From: an uncultured Lachnoclostridium sp.
GTDB lineage: Bacteria; Bacillota; Clostridia; Lachnospirales; Lachnospiraceae
NCBI GenBank assembly: GCA_937903005.1
Contig: CALFNR010000144.1
Coordinates: 21,948-85,947 of the forward strand
DNA length: 64,000 nt
Reading direction: 5' to 3'
This document shows, piece by piece, positions 34,157-44,000 of this stretch. The notes under the pieces were generated by a model. The model searched no databases. It saw only the letters and a program-made list of their open reading frames with translations, and was not told where the DNA came from. Every line of letters begins with the position of its first letter. The first letter of the stretch is position 1. A program made the position numbers and the translations under genes.

Positions 34157-35140
34157 CTACATTCCAAACGCTTCTAGCAATTTATCTGTGGATTTATCTT
34201 CAAGATAACTCTGTGTTGTGCTGATATCTGAATGATTAGCTAATAACTGCAGTTCTTGTAGTGTAAATCTCTTTCCTAACTTCTCGCACATGTAATGTGT
34301 TCCATTTTCATAGTTATTTAAAGAGCTGTGTCTGAAGCTGTGAGGATTAAACTCTTTTTCTACTCCCATTTCTTTTAATAAGATTTTTCTCCAACTTACG
34401 ATCTGGTTATATAAGGTTTCATAAGCTGCTGGTCCACCATGTCGAGTTTCCCATAAATGCTGTTCTTCATCATTTCTGTGCTCCATATATAAGCCATATG
34501 CTTCCTTAGTAAGTTGGTGATATATAAGACGGAACTTCTTACCTCTTTTTCCTGTTACCTCATTCTTTGTGAAATTAGCTTCGATTGAAATATCTTCTCT
34601 TGTTACCTGGAAAGCTTCGTTTCTACGACATGAGCTGTCATAAAGGAAGGCACAAAGTAAGGCCTCGGAATATCTTTCTTGTTTAACTAATGAATTGTAA
34701 ATGCACATTACTTCTTCGTTAGTCAAGAATATGATATCACGGGCCTTTTCTTTTCTAAGTCCTTTTAATCTATTTGGATTTACCTTGCAATCCTCGAAAT
34801 CCTCTTCGTAGTCATCATCTTCGGCCACAAAGTTGAAGAGGTTTCTGGTAGTTGATAGCATACGATTTATTCTCGCTGCACTCATACCGTTGTCTTGCAT
34901 CCATAACACGAAATTTCTTAGAGCCTTTCTGTTCAAGCGGTATAACTGCTTATTATCCAGTTCTTCCATTATATATATAAGAATTATTCTTGCGTCATTG
35001 TAATATTGCTTGATTGACTTTTCCGATTTTCCTTCGGAACGTATCTGTAGGATATAGTCGTCTAGTAGCTGTTTATTGTATTTATTTACTTTTTCCCATC
35101 TCTCTGGTGTATATATTCGATTATAGGTTTGTTTTGCCAT
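34157..35140 (-). CDS. tyrosine recombinase / phage integrase family
   Basis: N-terminal SAM-like domain. Catalytic pattern ..SSCRRNE.., HSFRHSS, LANHSDISTTQSYL. Confidence 0.9.
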   Translation of the reverse strand: MAKQTYNRIYTPERWEKVNKYNKQLLDDYILQIRSEGKSEKSIKQYYNDARIILIYIMEELDNKQLYRLNRKALRNFVLWMQDNGMSAARINRMLSTTRNLFNFVAEDDDYEEDFEDCKVNPNRLKGLRKEKARDIIFLTNEEVMCIYNSLVKQERYSEALLCAFLYDSSCRRNEAFQVTREDISIEANFTKNEVTGKRGKKFRLIYHQLTKEAYGLYMEHRNDEEQHLWETRHGGPAAYETLYNQIVSWRKILLKEMGVEKEFNPHSFRHSSLNNYENGTHYMCEKLGKRFTLQELQLLANHSDISTTQSYLEDKSTDKLLEAFGM

Positions 35141-35160
35141 AATTAATTTTCTCCTTAGTT

Positions 35161-36327
35161 CTATCTATAAAATTCTTGTGTCGCGTAAATCTTGTTACCG
35201 ATTTTGTAAACTCCAATACCAATACTAGAAAAGTTATTGGATAAGATATTTGCTCGATGTCCAGAAGAGTTCATCCAGTTAGTCATGAACTGTTGAGCTA
35301 ATCCAGATCTATTAGTCATCCAAGCAATATTTTCACCCCACGCTCGATAAGAAACTCCATCAGCCTTCATTTGCACTGTGATAAGATTTCCGTTTAGGTC
35401 CTCATGAGAGAAATAATTGTTATCCCCCATATCTTTAGATTTGATACGAGCGTATTTCTGCATTGTATTGTTATAAGATAGTGCTGGTAATCCATTCGCA
35501 GCTCTTTCTTTATTTACGATCTGGAATATCTCTTGCTCTACCGTAGCAATGAAATTAGATTCATTAACTTCTGGCTTAACTTCTGGTTTTGTTTCCGGCG
35601 TTACCTCTGGTTTAATGGAAGGCTTATCATTAGGTTTAATTACTGGAAATGACGGCCTTACTATTGGTGTACTAGGAATTTCAGATGGCTTTTCAACTGG
35701 CTTGTTAGGCGTTTCTGTTGAAGGCGGAGTCACTGGTTTATTTTCTGGAACTGGTGGTTTTTCTGTTGGTTCCTGAATGCCAGGTTCCTCACTTGGTTTT
35801 GTCTCTGGTTTTATAACCTCTTCTTCATCATCTGGCTTTGTTTCCGGCTTATCTTCCGGTTTGATTTCTGGCTTAATCTCTGGGTTTTCTTCCTTGTCTG
35901 GAACTACAACCGTGTCTTTATCCGGTTCCTTATTTGGTTTTTCAGTATTAACACTTGACTCTGGTTTCTCAGGTTTATTGAATGTGCCATTAATCACTGC
36001 GTCCACACTAACGATATTTTGTTGTATAGAACTAGAGATATGATTGAAATCTGGTATTTCACCTTTGACTTCCCCAGTCTCCTTATCAACGATTTCTAAA
36101 CCGTCTTTTCCTGGAATAATTGCGATATTCTCTGATACAAATAGATCTAAGCTAGATTCTCCTTCATTCTCATTGGAATCGGTTGAATTGTCTTGTTCGG
36201 TTTCTAATACGATTGCTTCATCTGTTGGTAAATTTGGTACTGTATCATTAGTAAAAGTATTTAATTGTGCAGCGCTCATGGCTACCATGATTGTCCCCAT
36301 TACAAATCCTAATACTTTCTTTTTCAT
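35161..36327 (-). CDS. secreted CAP/SCP (YkwD-like) domain protein with Pro/Glu/Lys-rich linker
   Basis: Signal peptide, KPEIKPEIKPEDKPETKP.. low-complexity linker, C-terminal CAP pattern (NKERAANGLPAL..YFSHE..GENIA..GHRANIL). Confidence 0.8.
   Translation of the reverse strand: MKKKVLGFVMGTIMVAMSAAQLNTFTNDTVPNLPTDEAIVLETEQDNSTDSNENEGESSLDLFVSENIAIIPGKDGLEIVDKETGEVKGEIPDFNHISSSIQQNIVSVDAVINGTFNKPEKPESSVNTEKPNKEPDKDTVVVPDKEENPEIKPEIKPEDKPETKPDDEEEVIKPETKPSEEPGIQEPTEKPPVPENKPVTPPSTETPNKPVEKPSEIPSTPIVRPSFPVIKPNDKPSIKPEVTPETKPEVKPEVNESNFIATVEQEIFQIVNKERAANGLPALSYNNTMQKYARIKSKDMGDNNYFSHEDLNGNLITVQMKADGVSYRAWGENIAWMTNRSGLAQQFMTNWMNSSGHRANILSNNFSSIGIGVYKIGNKIYATQEFYR
35577..35970 (-). repeat. coding low-complexity P/E/K/T repeat region
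   Basis: Repeated (K/E)P(E/D)xKP units. This creates the spurious + strand G/S-rich ORFs 35549..36403. Confidence 0.7.
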
Positions 36328-36437
36328 AAAATCTCCTTCTTATAAAGTGAAAGGTACCGGCGAGGCCCTTCAACGCCTTTCCGATACCCAAATTCCAAGT
36401 TAAAATAATAATTTTATTTTGTATTTATATTGTAGAA

Positions 36438-36752
36438 TTATTGTGATTCCTCTTTTTCTGATTTCTTATCTTCATCTTTATCTACTGTATTTTTGATACC
36501 TCTGATTTCATTCACATAGGTACCACCGTAAAATCCTAGCCCCGAACAGATAACGCCTGTCATAAAACTTTGTACTGAAAATTCCATTAAAAGCGCTAGT
36601 GTCACACCGATGAATACACAGCCCAAAGCCTGAATAGATTCCTGTATTGGTGGCTCATAATTACTCAAAATTAATTTAAAAACAACGATTACAAAAACTA
36701 GCTCGACCGTTGCTACACTCAATATTGTCTGAATTACATTGATTTCTTCCAT
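36438..36752 (-). CDS. holin-like membrane protein
   Basis: 104 aa, about 3 hydrophobic helices, highly charged C-terminus (DKDEDKKSEKEESQ), adjacent to the endolysin. Confidence 0.6.
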   Translation of the reverse strand: MEEINVIQTILSVATVELVFVIVVFKLILSNYEPPIQESIQALGCVFIGVTLALLMEFSVQSFMTGVICSGLGFYGGTYVNEIRGIKNTVDKDEDKKSEKEESQ

Positions 36753-36769
36753 GTTACTTATCCCTTCGG

Positions 36770-37564
36770 TTACCTTTTAGTTGTATATGCTAGACTAATC
36801 CAGCCAGCCCCACTTTTTAATTTACCCCATTTTCCATCTTTGGAAGTTTCAACAATAGTATATACATCGCCTTCCTTTACAGTTGTATTAATCTTATATT
36901 GTGTACCAGCTCCATCTCTTACGTTTAATACATCAGCTGTAACCGTAACTAAGAAATCTCCTGTGGCTGGTGTAACTGGTGCTGATTTCTTAACTAATCC
37001 GAAGTATGCTGCGATTGCTTCTACTTCCGCCTTAGCAAGCTTTTTAAGATTTTCATCTGATAATAACCAATTAGTTGCAGCTTTGTTAGTGTGGAATGAA
37101 TGTTCTACGATATAGTAATAATTTAAGCCTGCAGCTCTCGCACCTCTTAATACACCGTAATATTCATTATTTCCACTATCTCCAACTCTTGTAGCTGTCT
37201 TTGCAGCCTGCTTAGTTTTCATTGTAGATTGGATAACCTGTGATAATTTAAGGCCAAACTCCTTAGCATTACCGCGATTGTCAAAAGCACCGTAAACTAC
37301 TGGATAATCAACACTTTCGGTTCCGCAAGCATTTGAGTGGTTAGATAAAAAGAGCTTGCAGCCTTTCGCTTTATATCCTCTGTCGTATAACCCCATATCT
37401 CTTTCATCAGTTCTTGTTAAGATAACTTCAACATCTTTGTATTGTTCAAGATATTCTTTTTGGTATTTAGTTAATTTCAACATTGCCACTGATTCGTAGT
37501 AGGCTTTATTTACTGGTGACTGATTGTACTTTCCATAGTGTCCTGCATCTAAACAAATTCTCAT
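36770..37564 (-). CDS. N-acetylmuramoyl-L-alanine amidase endolysin with C-terminal SH3-like domain
   Basis: ICLDAGHYG..LFLSNHSNA (Amidase_3-like) and C-terminal LNVRDGAGTQY..GKWGKLKSGAGWISLAY. Confidence 0.85.
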   Translation of the reverse strand: MRICLDAGHYGKYNQSPVNKAYYESVAMLKLTKYQKEYLEQYKDVEVILTRTDERDMGLYDRGYKAKGCKLFLSNHSNACGTESVDYPVVYGAFDNRGNAKEFGLKLSQVIQSTMKTKQAAKTATRVGDSGNNEYYGVLRGARAAGLNYYYIVEHSFHTNKAATNWLLSDENLKKLAKAEVEAIAAYFGLVKKSAPVTPATGDFLVTVTADVLNVRDGAGTQYKINTTVKEGDVYTIVETSKDGKWGKLKSGAGWISLAYTTKR

Positions 37565-37591
37565 AATAATATCCTCCTGATTTTTATTATC

Positions 37592-37627
37592 TTTATAAAA
37601 AGAGAGAGATTTTTTAGGTCTCTCTCT
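37592..37627 (-). terminator. terminator between the tail and lysis genes
   Basis: AGAGAGAGA-N9-TCTCTCTCT plus a U-run on the minus strand. Confidence 0.65.
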
Positions 37628-37628
37628 A

Positions 37629-37943
37629 CTAATGATCTATTGCATTGGCAAAATGTTCATCGTTTTCTTTGATATATTCATAAGCTAATTCATATATATT
37701 TTTATTTCTATATGTGGTAGCTTGTGGCGAGAAGTAATTTTCAAATTCTTCTTCATTCCATTTTGCTCTCACCTTTTTTAAATTCATTGGCTCAGCATTA
37801 CTGTCTCTAGCTTCCTTGTTCCTATAAGAAGCGACTGTAATATCTGCATACTTATACTGAACATTTATATTGATGTTTAGAAGTCTCCAATACTCTTCTT
37901 CGACTCCATACTGATTAATATTTCCCTCAGTTATTAGTGCCAT
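37629..37943 (-). CDS. hypothetical tail-associated protein
   Basis: 104-aa ORF overlapping the tail-fibre stop by 17 nt and followed by a terminator. Confidence 0.5.
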   Translation of the reverse strand: MALITEGNINQYGVEEEYWRLLNININVQYKYADITVASYRNKEARDSNAEPMNLKKVRAKWNEEEFENYFSPQATTYRNKNIYELAYEYIKENDEHFANAIDH

Positions 37944-40900
37944 GCCTCATTTCCTCCACTTCATTTTCTAGTTGTTCAATCTTCAAAATTGCTTCTTTTA
38001 AAGCTCCAAGAATCATTGATGTGTATGAATACATATCAACAGCTTTTCCGTCTCCGCCTTCTTCGTCATAGAAGACTGTTTCAAGTGGTAATTCATCAAC
38101 CATGCAACCGAGCATCAAGTCGCTACGTTTATGCTTGTCAATTACATTTCCTTCATCATCGCATATATCTGACACTGTTCGGTAATTGTACACCTTAATA
38201 TCTTTTACATTCTCATAAAGAGCCGCGGTGTCTGCTTTGGAAATGTCATATTTTCTGTTCCTATCGGAAACACTACCACCAGATCCATAAATTCTATACC
38301 AACCCTGGCCACTTCCACCGATATACCCCCAACCACCAGTTGCGTTCGGATAGAATGAAGGTTCAGTTCCTTTAGACCCCGACCACTTTCCATCTAATCT
38401 TGCTCTAATTCCAGAAGCTGTTGTAACATCAAAGTAAACTGATTTATCGGTCACAATGTCAATATTCTGACCTGCTGGTGATACGAGCTTTCTCGTCTGA
38501 ATCCTAGAACTGTTTGGACTATCATCTGATACGAAAATGAAAGTATTTGTTCCATCGTCGTAAGTGATATTATCATTATTCGCAAATTCTATCTTAGGTG
38601 TTATTACCTGGTTGGTTGCTTTTAATGTTGGCCCTGTAAGCATTCCCGTAATTGTTCCACCTGAAAGTGGTAAATAGGAATGTGTATGGCTCGCTGGGGC
38701 TGCTCCGATTGAAGCTGCAGTATGAGTGTGATTTGCTGCGGCTGCTCCAAGATCTGCAAGACTTGGCTTGTTGTTTGGAGAATATACTCTTGTTGAAGAG
38801 GTAACTGTTCCTGTCTCTTTATCTATAACCGCGCTTTCGTAAATCGCATTATTCACATATAAGGAACCATTAGAGCCAATCAAAGATAGCTTTTTATTAG
38901 CGATTGTCTGGCATCCGCTCACAAAGTAAACATGATTATCAGATGTCAAAAGTAAATGCTCTGTGGCTTTATTTTTACTAAAATAACTGTTTTCCTCTTC
39001 CATGACGTTAGTAGCACTTTCCCCACCGCCAATAGAAGTAAGACCACCGGCACCAATCGCCACACCCATACCATTGCTATCGCCCTCATACGATTTAATT
39101 AACGTTGTAGCGTATGAACCGTTCGGGCTTTTTACTTTGACACTTCCCTTGAAAGCAATCGAGTTGTTTCTATCAGCCTTCTCGCCATTCACACCAATTC
39201 CATATTTATTTACGAAGAATATAGGTGAGTTTGCTGCGATCGCAATCGTCTTTTCATCATTAACCGAAAATCCAGTATTATCATTAAAAGTAACTACAAG
39301 GTCATAGGTTCCGTCCTCTGTTAAATTCGTTACTGTGACCACTTGGTTTTTCTGTGTGATTGAAAGTCTTCCGTTAGATACTTCTTCCGTTGTACCTTTC
39401 TTTCGACAAGACCAAGTTCCAACAGTCTCGATATTCAGGATAGAAGAATTTGACTTAACCATTAACGATATATCTGCACCATTTGCACTTCTGGTAACAC
39501 TATTCGTCGATAATGCTGGAGCATTGTAAAATTCCAACGATACAGCGTCCTGGGCTACTGCATCCACATAAGTTTCATAGCTTGTCTTAGTCTTTACCAT
39601 GTATGTCAAAGTTTGCTGCTTTGCTAATTTTGCAATAGTGTGATTATAAGATAATGCCGTTAACCCACTTGCTTGTAGTTGCCATGTCCCACCGCCAATT
39701 GAATAATATAAATCATACGAAACTGACCCACCTAATTTATCTCTACCAGCATTCCACGAAACGTTGATCACATTACTTCCATCTGGTAAGAAATAATCTA
39801 GCTTTGTGGAGCTTGTTGTCTTGATAGCGGTTGAAACGTTCTTATCTCTTGATATCTTGATATTAGAACTTGAAACCGGATTAGTCTGCAAGTTAGTTGA
39901 AATATTCATCTGAGAAGCTGCACTGGAACCATACGCATTATTTGTAGTTAAAACAAATGTTAATGTTCCTTTGTAAGAGCTTCCAGCAAACTTGTTCTTA
40001 AGGTCCTCAAACTTCACATACGGACCACTTGGTAACGTTCCTTCTTTGTAGATTGTTAAATCTATTGGTGATTTGGTAATCGTATTATTATAAACTGTAA
40101 TGCCATTGCAAGTTAATGTTCTCGTGAACGTGCCATTGCTACCCCCTAAAGTAGCGGTATTCTTTTCTCCACTATAAGTAAATCTTAGAGTCGAATTACT
40201 ATCAGTATACTTAATTGTTCCTGTCGAGCTTATTGTATTCCCGGTGAAGTTATTCTTCATAAATTGGGTAGCATTGATTGTGTTAGATTTTAATCCTCCA
40301 TTATCAGTTGCTTTCACATAGTAATCATATTTGGAACCTTGATTACCTGTACCGATTTTATGTGTATAATTAGTTGCGGTACCTTCGTAAATAACAACCC
40401 ATGAACCGTTGTCTCTTTGGTGATATAGTTCATATTTGATTGTTCCACCTTCTTTATCCGAAGCTGCAGGCCATGATACATAAATACTTGATACGTTTTC
40501 TGGTATTTTTACAGCATCTTCAGGGCCATCTCCTTCCGCGGTAATAACTGCACCGGTAGAGCTATTCATTCTACATGTGATATATCCCGACATTGTAGGA
40601 GCTGTATTTGTTGAACCGACTGTAAATGAACCAGTAGCACTTCCATTCCACGATTTATACGTCCCATGATTTGCTTCTAATCCAACAGTAATTGATGTAC
40701 TAGAAGTTGTTCCAACATCAACTTTTATTGTCTGGCTGAATGTTCTGTACCCATCCCCACCACTCCACTTTGTGTTTGATTTCATTTCTTGGTAGGCACC
40801 ATAAGAACTTCCAACTCTAGCTCTCCAGTTACATGGATATGAATAGTAACTCGATGAACCACCATTAACTTTAAATTTGGCTGTTACTTTAACTGTTCTC

Positions 40901-40995
40901 GATGTTCCACTTGCTGCGGTTTGCTCTGCATATAATTCATATGCCAATAAAGGCGACCCAGTTCCAAGAGTACCAGTTTTTATCAATGTAGCCAT
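37927..40995 (-). CDS. tail fibre protein with FN3-like repeats and C-terminal S74 intramolecular-chaperone domain
   Basis: FN3-like segments (VSWPAASDKEGGTIKYELY, VSWNAGRDKLGGSVSYDLY). C-terminus SDRNRKYDISK..MILGALKEAILKIEQLENE is typical of Peptidase_S74. Confidence 0.8.
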   Translation of the reverse strand: MATLIKTGTLGTGSPLLAYELYAEQTAASGTSRTVKVTAKFKVNGGSSSYYSYPCNWRARVGSSYGAYQEMKSNTKWSGGDGYRTFSQTIKVDVGTTSSTSITVGLEANHGTYKSWNGSATGSFTVGSTNTAPTMSGYITCRMNSSTGAVITAEGDGPEDAVKIPENVSSIYVSWPAASDKEGGTIKYELYHQRDNGSWVVIYEGTATNYTHKIGTGNQGSKYDYYVKATDNGGLKSNTINATQFMKNNFTGNTISSTGTIKYTDSNSTLRFTYSGEKNTATLGGSNGTFTRTLTCNGITVYNNTITKSPIDLTIYKEGTLPSGPYVKFEDLKNKFAGSSYKGTLTFVLTTNNAYGSSAASQMNISTNLQTNPVSSSNIKISRDKNVSTAIKTTSSTKLDYFLPDGSNVINVSWNAGRDKLGGSVSYDLYYSIGGGTWQLQASGLTALSYNHTIAKLAKQQTLTYMVKTKTSYETYVDAVAQDAVSLEFYNAPALSTNSVTRSANGADISLMVKSNSSILNIETVGTWSCRKKGTTEEVSNGRLSITQKNQVVTVTNLTEDGTYDLVVTFNDNTGFSVNDEKTIAIAANSPIFFVNKYGIGVNGEKADRNNSIAFKGSVKVKSPNGSYATTLIKSYEGDSNGMGVAIGAGGLTSIGGGESATNVMEEENSYFSKNKATEHLLLTSDNHVYFVSGCQTIANKKLSLIGSNGSLYVNNAIYESAVIDKETGTVTSSTRVYSPNNKPSLADLGAAAANHTHTAASIGAAPASHTHSYLPLSGGTITGMLTGPTLKATNQVITPKIEFANNDNITYDDGTNTFIFVSDDSPNSSRIQTRKLVSPAGQNIDIVTDKSVYFDVTTASGIRARLDGKWSGSKGTEPSFYPNATGGWGYIGGSGQGWYRIYGSGGSVSDRNRKYDISKADTAALYENVKDIKVYNYRTVSDICDDEGNVIDKHKRSDLMLGCMVDELPLETVFYDEEGGDGKAVDMYSYTSMILGALKEAILKIEQLENEVEEMRHGTNN

Positions 40996-41046
40996 TCCTT
41001 CACTTCCTTTCGTAATAATAAAAAGGAAGATTAAAAATAATCTTCC

Positions 41047-44000
41047 TTAACTGATATAGAAGCCCCAGCCTTCATCATCAACACATCGCATCTCGATATT
41101 GTGGTTACTTCCTTTTATTCTATTTTTTATTTGAAGATTTCCTTGGATCCTTACATCGATATCCTCATTCACATCTTCGCGTCTCATACAGATATCTCCG
41201 TATTCCATACCTTTACTACCTTTTGAAGTCATAATAAACGTATTTCTCCAAGCTGCATTATCAACTTCGGTTCCACCTGCATAACCCATTGTAAGATTAC
41301 CACCGTTCCAGTTCTTTCTGGCTGCATAATTCACACCATCTTGGAATCCGTCTTCTTTTTCTACTGTAATGCTCGTTGTTCCGCCATTAACAGTAAAATC
41401 AATATTGTTTATATCAATATAATTATTCTGATTAGAATATATAAAATTCTTCTGGTCCACTGTTCCAAAGAACACATCATTGTTGAATAAACAAAATTCT
41501 GTGTTTAAATCAACATAAGCATCTTCGTTTAAGTCTCTTGATGTTCCAAAAGTTCTCACAACGCCTTGATCATCCACTGTTGTATGAACTCTATTCAAAG
41601 TAATAGATTTATCATGCACGTGAACTTGACCACTATCTAAGGAACCAAAAATCTTACCACGGATTGTTGCATTTGTTGCGAACAAATCACCTTTTTGAGT
41701 TACCCTGAAAGGGGCGTCGTCTCTACCATCGTAATTTGAGCCAGCCCAGATTCTTGTTGCATTTTCATGTAAATCAGAATTTGTCATACCCGCATTTTCT
41801 AATTCAACCGTACCTCTGATTGTCGCCTGATTCAAAATTGCAATCCCGTTGGTATCAATCTTATAACCAGTCTTTCTATTTTCATCGTAGTTTCCAGATT
41901 TCAACAATCCATTGACTTCGACGTTACCTTCACTACTTACTGAAAATGTTGTCATACCATCTAATCCACGAACGTTGATACCAGATAATAAATCAATGCT
42001 ATCAGCTTTTATGGATCCTGTGGAGATGTTTCCGCCATTGATATAAGTCTTGTCATAGACCTTATTTCCATTTTCATCAATAGTTAATACCGGGAAGATT
42101 AGATCTTTCAACTCTTCGTTAAATGTCTCGAATGCTACGAGACCTTTCATATTGATTCTTTCATTACTGATGAACCCAGTCGTAATCCTGCTTGCGTCAA
42201 TTTCCACAGCCTTTAAATTCTGTATAAAGGCGTTATCCTCTACAAATAATTCTTGGAGATTTAATTTGTCCGGACCTACTGCCCCATTAACAATCTTGCT
42301 TGCAGAAACAACATCATCGGAAAGACCTTCCGGAGCAAGAACCCCTCTTTCACTATCAAAGATTGGTTGTCCATTTGCATTGAATACTAAAATTCCATAC
42401 TGATTCCTTGCATCTTTACCGATTTGGACCCTAACCTTTTTATCTGGCTGATTATCTTTAATCTGGATTGTATTCCCCTTCATAGTTAAACTTCCATCAA
42501 TAGAAGAAATATCTAACTCACCAGTTTCTACAGTTCCAGATTTAATTTGGCTTGCGTAAATCTCCTTGATTTTAGCAGAATCTATTGTAGCATCTTGGAT
42601 TTGGGCATTTGTAATCGAACCATTTTCTATTTTTGCACCGGAGATGGTACCATCAATAATATTTGCATTACCGACTTGCAATGTTTCAATCTGACCTTGT
42701 TTGATTTTCATTTCTCCGGCATATGCGTTAATCGCCGATATTACATTAGCCTTAATTCTATCCATGTCGATATCGCCACCGGTAATCATTCCAGCGTCGA
42801 TGTTTTCAACTTTAATAGATCCTACATCGATATGCTCTGCGTCAATTTTACCAATACTAGCATTAATCGCTTCAATAACAGTCGCAGAAAGGAGCTCCGC
42901 GTCAATATGGCCGCCCTTAATCTTATCAGCAGATACAAAGCCAATTTTAGCATTTTCAATCTTTAAGTCCTCGAAACTACCGTTGATTGCTTCGATAATA
43001 TTAGCTTGAAGAATCTTGGTATCGATTTTAGTACCAGTGATGTTCTCGGCGTCAATTGATTCTGCTTTGATTCCTGTTGTATCAATGTGAGTTGCATCAA
43101 TTTTTCCAATACTTGCATTGATAGCTTCGATTACATTTGACTTCAATATTTCAGCATCAATTTGACCACCTGAAATTTTATCAGCGGATAAACTATCAAT
43201 CTTTGCATTGGTAATTGCAGCATCTTCGATATGGGCACTTCCGATTGCTGCTTCGCCGATTTTGGCTGAATCGATAGCACCATCTTTGATGTGAGCTGTT
43301 CCGATTTCACCTTCCTTAATGTTCGCACTCTCAATAGCACCATGAGCGATAAGAGCGTTCGTGATTGCTCCATTCTGGATTACTCCACTATCAGCGGTAA
43401 TTGTTCCAGTTGCAATCTTATCAGCTGTAATCGTATTTGATTGAAGGTGATCTGCAGTAATTTCATTCGCTTTGATTTTCTCAGCTGTGATACTGTTTGC
43501 CTTGATTTTATCAGCATCAATGGAATCAGCCTGTAAGTGTTTCGTTTCAATCTGATTTGCCGAGATATGCTTAGCTTGGATTTCATTAGCTTTAATCTTC
43601 TCGGCCGTAATGCTATCTGCTTTAAGATGTTTTGTCTCGATACTGTACTCAACAATCTTATCTTGCGTAATTGCACCATTGGCGATATTTTCACTAGTTA
43701 CGGGGAATTTACTTCCTATGGAATTATCAACATACCCTTCTAACTTAGCAGCAATCTTGCGCATAGCATCAGTAATATTGGACTTAACTTCAACGAAGTT
43801 TGCTAGAACACACTTGTCGTTCTGCGGATCCGTCATAGAAGTTTCCAATTTGTTCACCCTCGCAGCAAGATGTACTGGCGGATTAAAATAATTATCTACG
43901 ATATAAACCGTGTCGCCGATTGCAACAGTATTCCAATCTTGTCCTAACAGCTCTCCAAGTAAGGCAACATTTACTTCATATTCGATTTTTGGATTCTTAC

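Noticed and set aside
34024-34224. Tracked 66-aa + strand ORF
   Set aside because: It has no RBS, overlaps the better-supported AgrD-like frame, and runs through the bidirectional terminator into the recombinase 3' end.
36345-36385. GC-rich hairpin in the leader of the CAP-domain gene as a riboswitch (for example c-di-GMP)
   Set aside because: There are only about 40 nt of structure, with none of the conserved riboswitch cores I can recall. It is more likely a simple stabilising or attenuating hairpin.
35549-36403. Three consecutive Gly/Ser/Leu-rich + strand ORFs
   Set aside because: They are the antisense shadow of the P/E/K-rich linker of the CAP-domain protein encoded on the minus strand.
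42152-43891. Several + strand ORFs (42152..42403, 42547..42966, 42701..43009, 43537..43743, 43610..43891) and extra minus-frame ORFs inside the Tal-like gene
   Set aside because: They are antisense or alternate-frame shadows of the decapeptide repeat region, with no RBSs, and are fully contained in a 1267-aa ORF with clear tail-protein context.
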